From contig OZ242379.1 in the NCBI GenBank assembly GCA_965209225.1, positions 405,986 to 469,985 of the forward strand: DNA of 64,000 nucleotides. The letters are read 5' to 3'. The notes under the pieces were generated by a model. The model worked only from the letters and a program-made list of their open reading frames with translations, was not told the origin of the DNA and searched no databases. How positions within the stretch are numbered: the stretch's first letter is position 1; each line of letters opens with the position of its first letter. This DNA comes from Thermodesulfobacteriota bacterium (GTDB taxonomy: Bacteria; Desulfobacterota_D; UBA1144; Nemesobacterales; Nemesobacteraceae). The position numbers and the translations under genes were made by a program. This document shows, piece after piece, positions 9,545 to 18,914 of the stretch.

Positions 9545-11230
9545 ATGTCAACCACTCTCAAACGAACGCGTATCGGTGAAATCCCCCTGCTTCAGCATGT
9601 GGTTCGACGACTCGGGCTAGACCGCCTGCTGCGCTCTTACATTCCGCCCCACGGCAATGAAACCTATCCAGCGGCCGACACTCTTTTGCTTCTGGTGTTC
9701 AACATCGCAAGCGGTCGCTGGCCCCTGTATGATCTCCGACGCTGGACCACGGACATTGACGGTCGGTTACTGGGACGTAAAAGCGCTTTGCCCGAGGAGG
9801 TGTTTAACGATGATCGTTACGCAAGGGCTCTTGACAAGCTCTTTTCTGTTGACAGGGCCTCTTTTCTTACAGACTGCACGCTTGGAGTGGTTCGCTCAAC
9901 GGGTCTTGAACTCTCACAGCTTCACAATGATTCCACCACGGTTAAAACAACGGGGAAGATGCCGCAGAGAACCCGAAGTGGTCTTTCCTTTGAATACGGA
10001 CACAGCAAGGACCATCGTCCTGATCTCAGGCAGATAGTGTTCTCCCTCACGATTTCCGCGGACGGGGCAGTGCCTGTTCACTGCAAGACCTGGCCCGGCA
10101 ACCGCACGGACGACACCACTCACATTGAGACCTGGACAGTCCTGCGCGACATGGCGGGGAGAAGTGATTTTCTGTATGTGGCTGACTGCAAGCTGTGCAC
10201 GGAGAAACAGCTTTCATTCATAGTGGGCAACGGGGGCAGGTGCGTGACGATAATTCCGAAGACACGGGGAGAGGTGAAGAAGTTCAAAGAATCCATGAGG
10301 GAGAATCCCAGGGGCAAGGAACGTATTATGCGCAGGCCTGTGTCTGGTCGGGGTGGGAGTTTCGAGACTTTCTACAGGATCAGGGGAAGTTATGAGACAG
10401 ACAAGGGTGGTTACGGGGTTCACTGGATATATTCCACGGAGAAGAGAAGACAGGACAGCGAACAGAGGGAGCGGCGGATGGATGAGGCTTCCCTGGTTCT
10501 TGCTGACATAAGCGGTCGGTTAAACAAGCGCAGGCTCAAGACGAAAGAGCAGATTCAGGAAAGGGTAGAGAAGATACTGAAGAAACATGATGTCAAGGCT
10601 TTTTACGACGTTACGATAGAGCAGTACGAAGAGGTTACGCGGAAGCAGAGAGGAAGAGGGCGTCCTGGGAGGGGGACAGCGTACAGGGAGGAATCAAAGA
10701 CGGTGTATTCGCTTAGCTGGAGGAGGGACAGGGAAGCTCTTGAGAGGGAGAAGAATGTTGACGGCTTGTTTCCGTTGCTGTGTACGGACAGAGAGATGGG
10801 GGCGAAGGAGGCTCTTTTGGCGTACAAGTATCAGCCGAGGCTTGAGAAGAGGTTTGAGCAGTTAAAGAGCGTGCATCTTGCGGCTCCCACATTGTTCAAG
10901 AAGACAAGCAGGGTGGAGGCCGTGATGTTTCTGTTTTTCATGGCTTTGATAATACAGGCGGTAATAGAGAGGGAGGTGCGCAACTCCATGAAGGCCAGGG
11001 AGATAGACGCCATAGCGGTTTATCCTGAGCATCGTCTTGCGTATCATCCTACGACTGCGAAGATAATTGAACGGTTCCATGACACGAGCGTGTATCGTGT
11101 TATGCGAGGGGATGAGGTTGAGACGGAGTACCGCGACGATCTCTCAGCTGTTCAGAAGGAAGTGCTTGAGCTGCTGGGGATGACGGAACAGGACTACTGG
11201 GACAGTCTTGTTCCTCAGCAGCAGGAATGA
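9545..11230 (+). CDS. IS1634-family DDE transposase
   Basis: 561-aa ORF. The N-terminus (IGEIPLLQHVVRRLGLDRLL...) and overall layout are typical of IS1634/IS4-related transposases. The central region is basic and Arg/Glu-rich. Confidence 0.75.
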   Translation: MSTTLKRTRIGEIPLLQHVVRRLGLDRLLRSYIPPHGNETYPAADTLLLLVFNIASGRWPLYDLRRWTTDIDGRLLGRKSALPEEVFNDDRYARALDKLFSVDRASFLTDCTLGVVRSTGLELSQLHNDSTTVKTTGKMPQRTRSGLSFEYGHSKDHRPDLRQIVFSLTISADGAVPVHCKTWPGNRTDDTTHIETWTVLRDMAGRSDFLYVADCKLCTEKQLSFIVGNGGRCVTIIPKTRGEVKKFKESMRENPRGKERIMRRPVSGRGGSFETFYRIRGSYETDKGGYGVHWIYSTEKRRQDSEQRERRMDEASLVLADISGRLNKRRLKTKEQIQERVEKILKKHDVKAFYDVTIEQYEEVTRKQRGRGRPGRGTAYREESKTVYSLSWRRDREALEREKNVDGLFPLLCTDREMGAKEALLAYKYQPRLEKRFEQLKSVHLAAPTLFKKTSRVEAVMFLFFMALIIQAVIEREVRNSMKAREIDAIAVYPEHRLAYHPTTAKIIERFHDTSVYRVMRGDEVETEYRDDLSAVQKEVLELLGMTEQDYWDSLVPQQQE

Positions 11231-11287
11231 TGATTCCGGAATGCGGAAATTCGGAAAAACAAGGAATTTTTTTCCGCGGAAAATAGG

Positions 11288-12811
11288 TTATACAACCTCT
11301 CTCCCGATTCCTCCCCGCGCAATCGTCTCGTAATCGCATCCGACGGCCTTGGCAAGGGCCCCTAATCGTCGCCCTACAGTCTCAGGATGAGGAATCTGAT
11401 CGGGCATATGCAAAGTAAGTTTTTCTCCGGCCCTCTCAAGCCTAGTACTCTCAAGGATCCGCGCTACCCCTCCCGAGACCGTGTAAGCCAAGCGAAGAGC
11501 AAGCCCCGTAACCCTGGCTTCTTCAATATCGCCTCCAGAAAGAAAATCTAAAACTTCCCAGCGGCGAAGCAGGTTTCCAATCGCCGCGTGCCTTGAGGCC
11601 ACCGACAGAGCCACCCTCACCCTCTCCGGATGGGTGATTCCCACAAACGGCATCCGCAGTATCCTCAAAAACACCTGCTCTGCCCGGTACTCCGGATGCT
11701 CGGAAATTCCTATGTCCGAGAGATGACATGCAGCGAGTCGCAGCCTCGGGTCCCTAGAGTATTCATCCGGAATCGCCCTCTCTATCCACCTGCAGAAAAC
11801 CTTGCCCTCCTCAATGGATCTTCCCATCTTAAGGGCGATCTCCTCACACATGACAACTAGAGGATCCAGAGAACGCTGCTTTGGGGAAAGATCGTCGTAT
11901 ATGCATCCCTCCCGAAGCCCGTACGTGCAGAACGTAAGGTTGTTAACGCCCGTTTTCTTCAGAAGACTCTTCATAAGCGTGGCGGCGTAAGGAGCAGACT
12001 CCACCCTGTTTCGCCCTAGAATCCAGAGGTCCTGAAGCGAACCCGAAGACATCTCGGCTATCTCCCGAGCCATATCAATTGCCCTTGATCTGGAAAGACT
12101 GTAGCCGTGAACTATTCGAAGCGGGTAATACTCAGACTCCATGTGTTTTTTAGCTAGAGCTCGCCACGAACCCCCGACGGCGTAGAAGGTTTTCTTTTTC
12201 GCGTTCTCAAGCCAGGGAAGTTCCTCAAGACGGGGAGCGATCAGTTTCTTAGTGGCCTTTGTGGGACTAAGACCGCTTTCAAGAAGCGGGATAGTACCCA
12301 ACGGCAACGTGGCGTGATTTCCTATTTCCCCCTCGCAGATCTCCACCAATTCAAGGCTTCCGCCGCCTATGTCCCCCATTACGCCGTCAGCGTCAGGGAT
12401 AGCGCAGAGAGTGCCGAGAGCAGAAAGCCTCGCCTCGTCCATGCCGGAGAGGACCCGAAGCGAAATCCCGCATTGCTGCTCAACGGCCTTTTTGAAATCG
12501 GGGCCATTTGCGGCGTTTCTCACCGCAGCGGTGGCAACCGCCTTTATTCCGCCGGAAACCCTCATCGACCGCGCGATATCGACAAAGCGGCTTACAGTTC
12601 GCAGGCCAAGGTCCATGCTCTGCGGAGACATCCTGCCCTGAGAATCCATCCCGCGCCCCAAGCCGCAGGGAACCTTCTCATCAAGCACCGGAAGCGGGGC
12701 GCGCCTAGGGCCCTTGTAGATCACAAGACGTATGGAATTCGATCCCACGTCAATTACCGCCACGGTTCCGGTCTTGCCGAACGGCGTGGCGGGAGGAGAG
12801 ATTTCTGTCAT
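11288..12811 (-). CDS. ppx: Exopolyphosphatase / guanosine pentaphosphate phosphohydrolase (Ppx/GppA family)
   Basis: 507 aa with the N-terminal VAVIDVGSNSIRLVIY and DIGGGSLEL ASKHA-fold motifs. The last codons and the stop lie inside the IS1634 terminal repeat. Confidence 0.9.
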   Translation of the reverse strand: MTEISPPATPFGKTGTVAVIDVGSNSIRLVIYKGPRRAPLPVLDEKVPCGLGRGMDSQGRMSPQSMDLGLRTVSRFVDIARSMRVSGGIKAVATAAVRNAANGPDFKKAVEQQCGISLRVLSGMDEARLSALGTLCAIPDADGVMGDIGGGSLELVEICEGEIGNHATLPLGTIPLLESGLSPTKATKKLIAPRLEELPWLENAKKKTFYAVGGSWRALAKKHMESEYYPLRIVHGYSLSRSRAIDMAREIAEMSSGSLQDLWILGRNRVESAPYAATLMKSLLKKTGVNNLTFCTYGLREGCIYDDLSPKQRSLDPLVVMCEEIALKMGRSIEEGKVFCRWIERAIPDEYSRDPRLRLAACHLSDIGISEHPEYRAEQVFLRILRMPFVGITHPERVRVALSVASRHAAIGNLLRRWEVLDFLSGGDIEEARVTGLALRLAYTVSGGVARILESTRLERAGEKLTLHMPDQIPHPETVGRRLGALAKAVGCDYETIARGGIGREVV

Positions 12812-12987
12812 GGATTGTTCCCGGCTTGCTCAACAAGCGCAGATAGAAAAAGCAAGGATTTCTCGGTTGTCACCTCGTTTCCAGGTATTCAGATTGTCCA
12901 TAGCATTAAGCAGCTTCATCCGTCCTAGACCTGTCGTAATGTCGGAAAAACTCTCTATTTGAAGCAGTCTAGCCATAACGGCTATTG

Positions 12988-13896
12988 CTACCCTGATACG
13001 AAAGTCTTGATCAAAGCTCGACCAAGGTGATTTTCGATGATTTTAACCGATGGTGTATTCATAAGGGTATGGATAAACGCATGATGCACGGTTAAAACAA
13101 GTTCCTGCAGCTCTTGATCGGATTCAAGCTCCGAAACTTTTAATCCAATAGCTTTGCATTCATCGATATGAATGTGCCTGGCATGGGATTTATTGCCTGA
13201 GTAATCAGTCAGACCTTTGACAATTTTCTCGGCAATCTTCCTCCTGTCAGCAACATCCTTAAACATAACTCTTTCTAGGTAGTTTTGGGCAACTTCGCTG
13301 CTATGTTCAATTGCGTTTTTGCATTGGCTGAGAAATGTCGGATGATACTTGGAGAGAATTGGATTCCAAACATGGACTTTGCTGGGGTCTTCCTTAATCT
13401 GTGCCGCAGCAGTTCGAAATTCCTCAATTACACCATATGCGGGCACTCCCCGTAACTGTGGATCAATCGGACCCAAGTTTGAATGAGCGCCCATCAGTAT
13501 CTGCTTGCTGGAACACGCAATAAGGGTACCACCCGACATGGCTATCTGTGGTACGATAACGCGAATGTCGTCATTAAACATCTGGTGAAGATAATGAATA
13601 ATTGATTCCGTTGCGTGAAGCTCTCCACCCGGGGTATGCAGAATTAAGTCAAGTCCGACTGAACGGTCAAGCTCATGAACAGCCATCATAAAGCCGTTCT
13701 TATCTTCGTCGTTAATATGAATACCTTCTATATTGGGCTTTGACAGCCAGCCCGAATAGTAGGCAACAGTATTGCGACCGGTTTTTTCAAACAGGTTTTT
13801 AAGATATTTGCGACGAACCTGATCAGGCGCTGACTGGGATATTAGTTTAGCGTCAAGATTCCTGATCTCGTTCAGTACTTCTGACCAGTTAGGCAT
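12988..13896 (-). CDS. SDH-family (SppA/ClpP-fold) serine protease
   Basis: 302 aa with DLILHTPGGE and PQIAMSGGTLIACSS (nucleophile Ser context), typical of Pfam SDH_sah-type Clp-fold proteases. Its ATG lies within the 9-bp TSD of the adjacent IS. Confidence 0.75.
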   Translation of the reverse strand: MPNWSEVLNEIRNLDAKLISQSAPDQVRRKYLKNLFEKTGRNTVAYYSGWLSKPNIEGIHINDEDKNGFMMAVHELDRSVGLDLILHTPGGELHATESIIHYLHQMFNDDIRVIVPQIAMSGGTLIACSSKQILMGAHSNLGPIDPQLRGVPAYGVIEEFRTAAAQIKEDPSKVHVWNPILSKYHPTFLSQCKNAIEHSSEVAQNYLERVMFKDVADRRKIAEKIVKGLTDYSGNKSHARHIHIDECKAIGLKVSELESDQELQELVLTVHHAFIHTLMNTPSVKIIENHLGRALIKTFVSG

Positions 13897-16246
13897 CTTT
13901 CAAGCCGACACACTTGACTCTTCATTTTTTATGGCCCCCTTGTTTGAACCTGCTGTGCGGCCCTGAAGCCCGCATACGCCATCTTGAACTTCACTGTTGC
14001 CTGCCATAACTTCTTCGTACCCGGAAGAGGCTGCTGCTTGCTGGGTCTGAATCCAGCGTACCTCGCAAAATCTATCACGTAAGTGCGCATGTCGGGCATT
14101 TCATCAGGCTTGTTCTTTATTATTCCCTCATACAGAAGCAGGCTGTACATAGCATTTATCTCTTCCTCCCCCACTACATCACGGGCCGGAATGTCCGGCT
14201 TCTCTCTCGCCATCCTCTCAAGATCAAACACCCTGTACGCAGTGACAACGTCAAACGCAAGACACTTGCGCAGATCATCCGCGCAATCAAATCTCCTTTC
14301 CTTTATTCCGGTTCCCGTCTTAAGAGCTTTAAAATACTCTTCTATACTCCACCTGGCCTCATACCACTTAACTGTACGCACCGCATCCTCCGCAGTTTCA
14401 TCCCCTTCCGTGGCAAGCAGAACCCAGTGAAGACCTTCCTTCCCGCTCGGAGGATCAGGCTCAAAAGCGCTTACCGCGAGCATATCAAGCGGTTTCGCGT
14501 CTGCCCCCTCTTTCAAGGGAGCCACAAGCCTCACCCTGGATGCGCGTATCTCAAGTGTTACCTCCCGACTCTTACGTTTCCTCTTCCCTCCGCACGCGTC
14601 CACTTCTATCTTCCTTCTGGCAAGCACCGGCCTGCTATTAATGTGCTTCCACAGATTCTCTGTCTTCTCCCCCACCGCAACACGCCGATTGTGTCCCTTT
14701 TTTGAACGTACCAAAAGACCGTCCCCTCTGTGCACCCCCTCCCGAAGAAGTTCCCACATGTCCCCCTCTCTGTCGCAGACAGTAATCACGCGGGTCCCCT
14801 CGCACGCACCCTCAAGCTCCCGAGCCTTGAGCAGCCCCTTTATCCACCTCCTGCTCTCCTGCTTCTTGTTACTCTTGCCAACTGCCCTCACTTCGGCGTC
14901 AAGCTCGTAAACCCCCAAAGGACGCTTCCCCTCCGTTACCGCCAACCCCACATGAACAAACAGCCCTTTACCCTTCCCCCCTATGCTCACAAGCCCACTG
15001 GTCCCCTCATGCCCGCTGTAATTAACCGTAGTGGTATCCTGCACCGCCAGAACCACTCTCTCCATACGACACCGGCTCACCGCGGCTTCCGTGTGAGGTT
15101 CAAGTATATGTTCCATCGCAACCCTCTTGTTCGACAGCAACCTGTACATCCCCCTCTGCTCCGCTTCTCCCGGGAAAACCACAGGCAACGGCTCCTTGGG
15201 GTTATCGGCCCACCTGCGCCCCATATATATTATACGATCCCTCACTCGACCGTCGGGATGAGAACTGCGTCCGTACTCCACATCCGCCCAGTCAGCATCT
15301 TCTGCGTAATAAGGTTCCGGCGTCTGTCCGATTGCCCGGCGGGGTTCTTTATGCAAAACCTTCTTCCACCCCCGTAAAATGGGTTTCATCCATACCGTCT
15401 TGCTCTCCGTTATCCCCCCGCTCGCGGGACGCCCCGAAGTCTTCTCTTCACACATCTCCCACCCCGCGGCCCTGTAACTGCTCCCCTCATGATCACTCGA
15501 TATGTAGGTGTATGCCATCACAGGTTCCGTACCGTGAATATCCTTCCAGTCCACCCCCACTCGCGAAATTGCCAACGACAACGCACAGGACGCCAGATTC
15601 TTTACCCGTACCCCCGGAAGCAGAAGAAAACGGTGGTTGTTTATCACCAGACCGAGATTCTCCACCCGCGCCTCCGTACTCCACCCTATCCACTTGTCCC
15701 GCGCCCCCTGGTGCCAGCTTGCAGCGCAAAAACCTATGCCTCCCACGCGTCCATGATTCCCGGTGGTTATCCAGTAGGATATCTGCTTGCCGGGAACCCT
15801 GCTCCACCCCTCGGGATGATGAGTCTGCATCATCTCACGCCACAGCTTCTTCTCCTTTCCCTCCACGGGTTCAAGAGAAACTTCTCCCAGAGATTCAAGA
15901 GTACAGATCACATTGTTGTCCGGGTAGTCTGTGCGAAGCGCCGGGGTCTTGCTTCCGGAAATCATCCCCTTGGGCAGGGACACGGGGGCAGGCAGACTGA
16001 CTCCGGCGGCTTTCGCTATCTCGGGAAGATTCTTGCGTGCGGACGCCAGACACAGCTCTCCCTGGGAGTTGCGCCAGTTGTCCCTCTCGCAAAGCCCCAT
16101 CGCCAACCCGTAGCGTGTCTGCTCAGGGTCTGCCGCAGCTTTTTTGAACCACTCTATGCTGTCTGCTGAAAAATGACGTAGTCCTATCCGCACACCAGTA
16201 CATATACCCAGCCAATACTAAAGAGTCAAGTGTGTCGGCTTGAAAG
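13897..16246 (-). mobile_element. IS4-family (Tn5/IS50-like) insertion sequence, 2350 bp
   Basis: Perfect 25-bp terminal IRs: CTTTCAAGCCGACACACTTGACTCT at 13897..13921 and its reverse complement at 16222..16246. A 9-bp TSD GTTAGGCAT lies at 13888..13896 and 16247..16255. Confidence 0.95.
13929..16193 (-). CDS. Transposase: N-terminal DUF4338-like domain fused to a Tn5-like DDE transposase
   Basis: 754 aa. The DUF4338-like block is ARDKWIGWS...NNHRFLLLPGVRVKNLAS...AYTYISSDHEGSSYRAAGW. The DDE part has VLAVQDTT, VCDREGD and WYEARWSIEEYFKALK (YREK signature). Confidence 0.85.
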   Translation of the reverse strand: MRIGLRHFSADSIEWFKKAAADPEQTRYGLAMGLCERDNWRNSQGELCLASARKNLPEIAKAAGVSLPAPVSLPKGMISGSKTPALRTDYPDNNVICTLESLGEVSLEPVEGKEKKLWREMMQTHHPEGWSRVPGKQISYWITTGNHGRVGGIGFCAASWHQGARDKWIGWSTEARVENLGLVINNHRFLLLPGVRVKNLASCALSLAISRVGVDWKDIHGTEPVMAYTYISSDHEGSSYRAAGWEMCEEKTSGRPASGGITESKTVWMKPILRGWKKVLHKEPRRAIGQTPEPYYAEDADWADVEYGRSSHPDGRVRDRIIYMGRRWADNPKEPLPVVFPGEAEQRGMYRLLSNKRVAMEHILEPHTEAAVSRCRMERVVLAVQDTTTVNYSGHEGTSGLVSIGGKGKGLFVHVGLAVTEGKRPLGVYELDAEVRAVGKSNKKQESRRWIKGLLKARELEGACEGTRVITVCDREGDMWELLREGVHRGDGLLVRSKKGHNRRVAVGEKTENLWKHINSRPVLARRKIEVDACGGKRKRKSREVTLEIRASRVRLVAPLKEGADAKPLDMLAVSAFEPDPPSGKEGLHWVLLATEGDETAEDAVRTVKWYEARWSIEEYFKALKTGTGIKERRFDCADDLRKCLAFDVVTAYRVFDLERMAREKPDIPARDVVGEEEINAMYSLLLYEGIIKNKPDEMPDMRTYVIDFARYAGFRPSKQQPLPGTKKLWQATVKFKMAYAGFRAAQQVQTRGP

Positions 16247-16254
16247 GTTAGGCA

Positions 16255-16473
16255 TTATTGTTCGGAAGTGGTTGGGGAAACCTTCATTGGTTGGCTGTGG
16301 GCACTACCGTGGCTGTTAATCTGCTTGAGAAATGAAGGTTGGGCCAGTGAGCGAGTCGCACTCCATTCTTCGTCGTTCGGATGGTCAAACAAATTACGAT
16401 GCAGATGTTCAAACGACTGATCATCTATATCTTTCTTCTTATCCTCGGACTTAAGTTGTTTCTCGGGGTCCAT
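16255..16473 (-). CDS. Small acidic/charged hypothetical protein (72 aa), ancestrally coupled to the SDH protease
   Basis: A strong SD (CAGGAGGAG) lies 8 nt upstream of the ATG. Its stop TAA overlaps an ATGCCTAAC copy (TAATG), which is the duplicated start of the protease gene. Confidence 0.55.
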   Translation of the reverse strand: MDPEKQLKSEDKKKDIDDQSFEHLHRNLFDHPNDEEWSATRSLAQPSFLKQINSHGSAHSQPMKVSPTTSEQ

Positions 16474-16672
16474 GTTTTAAATCTCCTCCTGAATCACTCA
16501 AATAACTTGATAACAATTATCCTTTTTTTAATCGTGGTTTCAAATTTTGTAAAAGATTGCTTGATTTTTAATCACTATACACTGCCAGCTTTATCTCCTG
16601 AACTTAAGATAATACACGCATACTTCCGTTTTTGCCGAAGGGTGAGGCGGGGAAAAGAATCTCTGCCATGAA

Positions 16673-18826
16673 TTATTCCTGCACAAACTCAGACGGCATT
16701 AGGGGCCGGGATTCGGCAAGCGCCTTTCCTCTTCCCGAAAGACTGGGGTTGGTCATAAAGTATTTGTGAGCCGAGAAGCTGTCCCCATCGCTTTTAAGCT
16801 TGCGGAAAGAACCGTCGGGCTGCATCTCCCAGCTGTTAGCGACATCGTTCAAGTTAGCGACCATCACCTGCTCGACAAGCTGCTTTTTCACGGTGGCGTT
16901 TTCGATCGCAACCAGAGATTCCACCCTGCGGTCAAGATTTCGGGGCATCCAGTCGGCAGACGAGATGAAGACCTTGCAGGCATTAGAGGGAAGCCCTTCC
17001 CCGGCGCCAAAGCAGATGACCCTGCTGTGCTCGAGGAAACGTCCCACGATGCTTTTTACCCTGATGTTCTCAGAAAGCCCCGGCACCCCGGGCCGCAGGC
17101 AGCATATTCCCCTAACAAAAAGTTCGGTTCGCACCCCCGCGCGACTCGCCGCGTAAAGCGCGTCTATTACCTTGCTGTCCACAAGGGAATTCATCTTGGC
17201 CCATATCACCGCGGGGCGGCCGGCCTTCGCGTGGTCTATCTCGTCCCTTATCAGCTCAATCACCTTCGGGCGCATCGTGACGGGAGAGAAGAATATCCTC
17301 TCCATCTTCTTCGGAGTGGCGTAGCCGGTCATGTAGTTAAAAAGCTTGGCGGCGTCGCGGCCGAGCGCCTCGTCGGCCGTGAAGTAGCTGAGGTCAGTAT
17401 ATATCTTGGCGTTTACGGGGTGATAGTTGCCGGTGCCGTAGTGAGTGTAGGTGCGGATGTCAGAACCCTCCCTTCTCACCACCAGCGATACCTTGGCGTG
17501 GGTCTTAAGATCGATGAACCCGAACACGACCTGTACCCCCGCGTCCTCGAGGTCATGAGCCCAGCGGATGTTGGCCTCCTCATCGAAACGGGCCTTGAGT
17601 TCCACCATGGCGGTTACGGATTTCCCGGCCTCGGCGGCCTCTATGAGCCTTTTCACTATCGGGGAGTCTTCCGAGGTGCGGTAAAGCGTCTGCTTGATCG
17701 CGACGACCGCCGGGTCCGCCGCGGCCTGCTTCAGGAACTCAACCACGACGTCAAAACTCTCGTAGGGGTGGTGAACGACGAAATCCTTCTGCCGTATGGC
17801 GGCCATCACGTCGCCTCCGAATTCCCTTACCCTCTCGGGGTAGCGGATACTCATCCGCTTGTAAAGAAGGTCGCTTCGCTCATCCAGTATTGTCTGTTTC
17901 ACGCTCTCAAGCCCGAGCATCCCCTTGATCCTGAAAAAATGCGCGTCGTGGGCCTCAAGCTTCTCCATTATGAAGTCAACTATCGCATCCGGCATGTCCG
18001 CGTTGACGTCAACCCTGATCACGGAGCCTCCCCTGCGCTGCTGCTTAAGCGCCGTCTCAAACGTCTCGACCAGGTCTTCCGCGTCCTCGTCTATCTCCAA
18101 AAGGCTGTCTCGGGTGACCTGGAAGAGTCCGTTGTCCTCCACTTCAAAACCCGGAAAGAGGGATTTCATGTTGTGCTCAATGATCTTCTCGATCGGAACA
18201 AACTGGATCTTTTTCCCTCCCGGAACCCTTATGAAGCGCTCCACCTGGGAAGGCAGAACTATGAGACCCTTCATGCGCTTTCCGTCCTCCGCGCGGCCGA
18301 GCTGCACGGCGCACACAAGGCTCTCGCTCTGTATGAAGGGAAACGGATGCGCCGGGTCTATGGCAAGCGGGGTAAGCACCGGGAAAAGCTTATTCGAGAA
18401 CCACTCGGAAAGCCACTTCGATCCCGAGCGGTCGAGTTTCTCGGGAGCTACGATCTTGATTCCGGCCTTCTTGCAGAGGGAAAACAGTTCCTTTTCGCAC
18501 TCGTACTGGCTGTCAAGCAGGAAGCGTACCTTCTCTCTTATGGCTTCTAGCTGCTGGGGGGGCGTAAGGCCGTCTTTGCTGCGGTCGGTCACACCCTCCA
18601 TAACCTGTCCCGCGAGACCCGCCACCCTTACCATGTAGAACTCATCGAGGTTGCTCGCGGAGATGGAGAGAAAGCGTACCCTCTCAAGAAGCGGAACATT
18701 CTTGCTGGCCGCCGTCTCCAAAACCCGCAGGTTAAAATCAAGCCACGAAAGCTCCCTGTTGATATACCGCTCAGAAGAGCGGAGCGGGAACCTCTTGCTC
18801 GAGATGTCCGTTACAGAAGAAGCCAT
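16673..18826 (-). CDS. ppk1: Polyphosphate kinase 1
   Basis: 717 aa, starting YINRELSWLDFNLRVLE, with PLD-like HAK motifs (LKTHAKVSLV) and overall PPK1 architecture. Confidence 0.95.
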   Translation of the reverse strand: MASSVTDISSKRFPLRSSERYINRELSWLDFNLRVLETAASKNVPLLERVRFLSISASNLDEFYMVRVAGLAGQVMEGVTDRSKDGLTPPQQLEAIREKVRFLLDSQYECEKELFSLCKKAGIKIVAPEKLDRSGSKWLSEWFSNKLFPVLTPLAIDPAHPFPFIQSESLVCAVQLGRAEDGKRMKGLIVLPSQVERFIRVPGGKKIQFVPIEKIIEHNMKSLFPGFEVEDNGLFQVTRDSLLEIDEDAEDLVETFETALKQQRRGGSVIRVDVNADMPDAIVDFIMEKLEAHDAHFFRIKGMLGLESVKQTILDERSDLLYKRMSIRYPERVREFGGDVMAAIRQKDFVVHHPYESFDVVVEFLKQAAADPAVVAIKQTLYRTSEDSPIVKRLIEAAEAGKSVTAMVELKARFDEEANIRWAHDLEDAGVQVVFGFIDLKTHAKVSLVVRREGSDIRTYTHYGTGNYHPVNAKIYTDLSYFTADEALGRDAAKLFNYMTGYATPKKMERIFFSPVTMRPKVIELIRDEIDHAKAGRPAVIWAKMNSLVDSKVIDALYAASRAGVRTELFVRGICCLRPGVPGLSENIRVKSIVGRFLEHSRVICFGAGEGLPSNACKVFISSADWMPRNLDRRVESLVAIENATVKKQLVEQVMVANLNDVANSWEMQPDGSFRKLKSDGDSFSAHKYFMTNPSLSGRGKALAESRPLMPSEFVQE

Positions 18827-18914
18827 CTGCAGTCTCCCTGGACTATAACATTCAGCGTCCTAACACCCACAACACGTGAGTTTACATAATTACCTGCCGC
18901 GTGAAAAGCCGGTC

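Larger units (their letters stand above)
8982..11299 (+). mobile_element. IS1634-family element; boundaries approximate to within about 8 bp
   Basis: Long imperfect terminal IRs of about 55 bp. Left 8982..9038 (..TATACCCTACTTTCCGCACAAAAAATATTCTTGTTTTCCCGA..) aligns with the reverse complement of 11243..11299 (..TATAACCTATTTTCCGCGGAAAAAAATTCCTTGTTTTTCCGA..). No TSD was recognised. Confidence 0.55.

Noticed and set aside
13929-16193. DUF4338 domain as evidence for a Druantia (DruA) system
   Set aside because: The domain is fused to a DDE transposase inside an element with perfect IRs and a TSD. No druB-E-like genes are nearby.
16766-18550. 594-aa ORF on the plus strand
   Set aside because: It is entirely antisense to ppk1, which has unmistakable PPK1 motifs. 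Its composition is Arg/Gly/Pro/Leu-rich and low in complexity, typical of a shadow ORF in GC-rich coding DNA.
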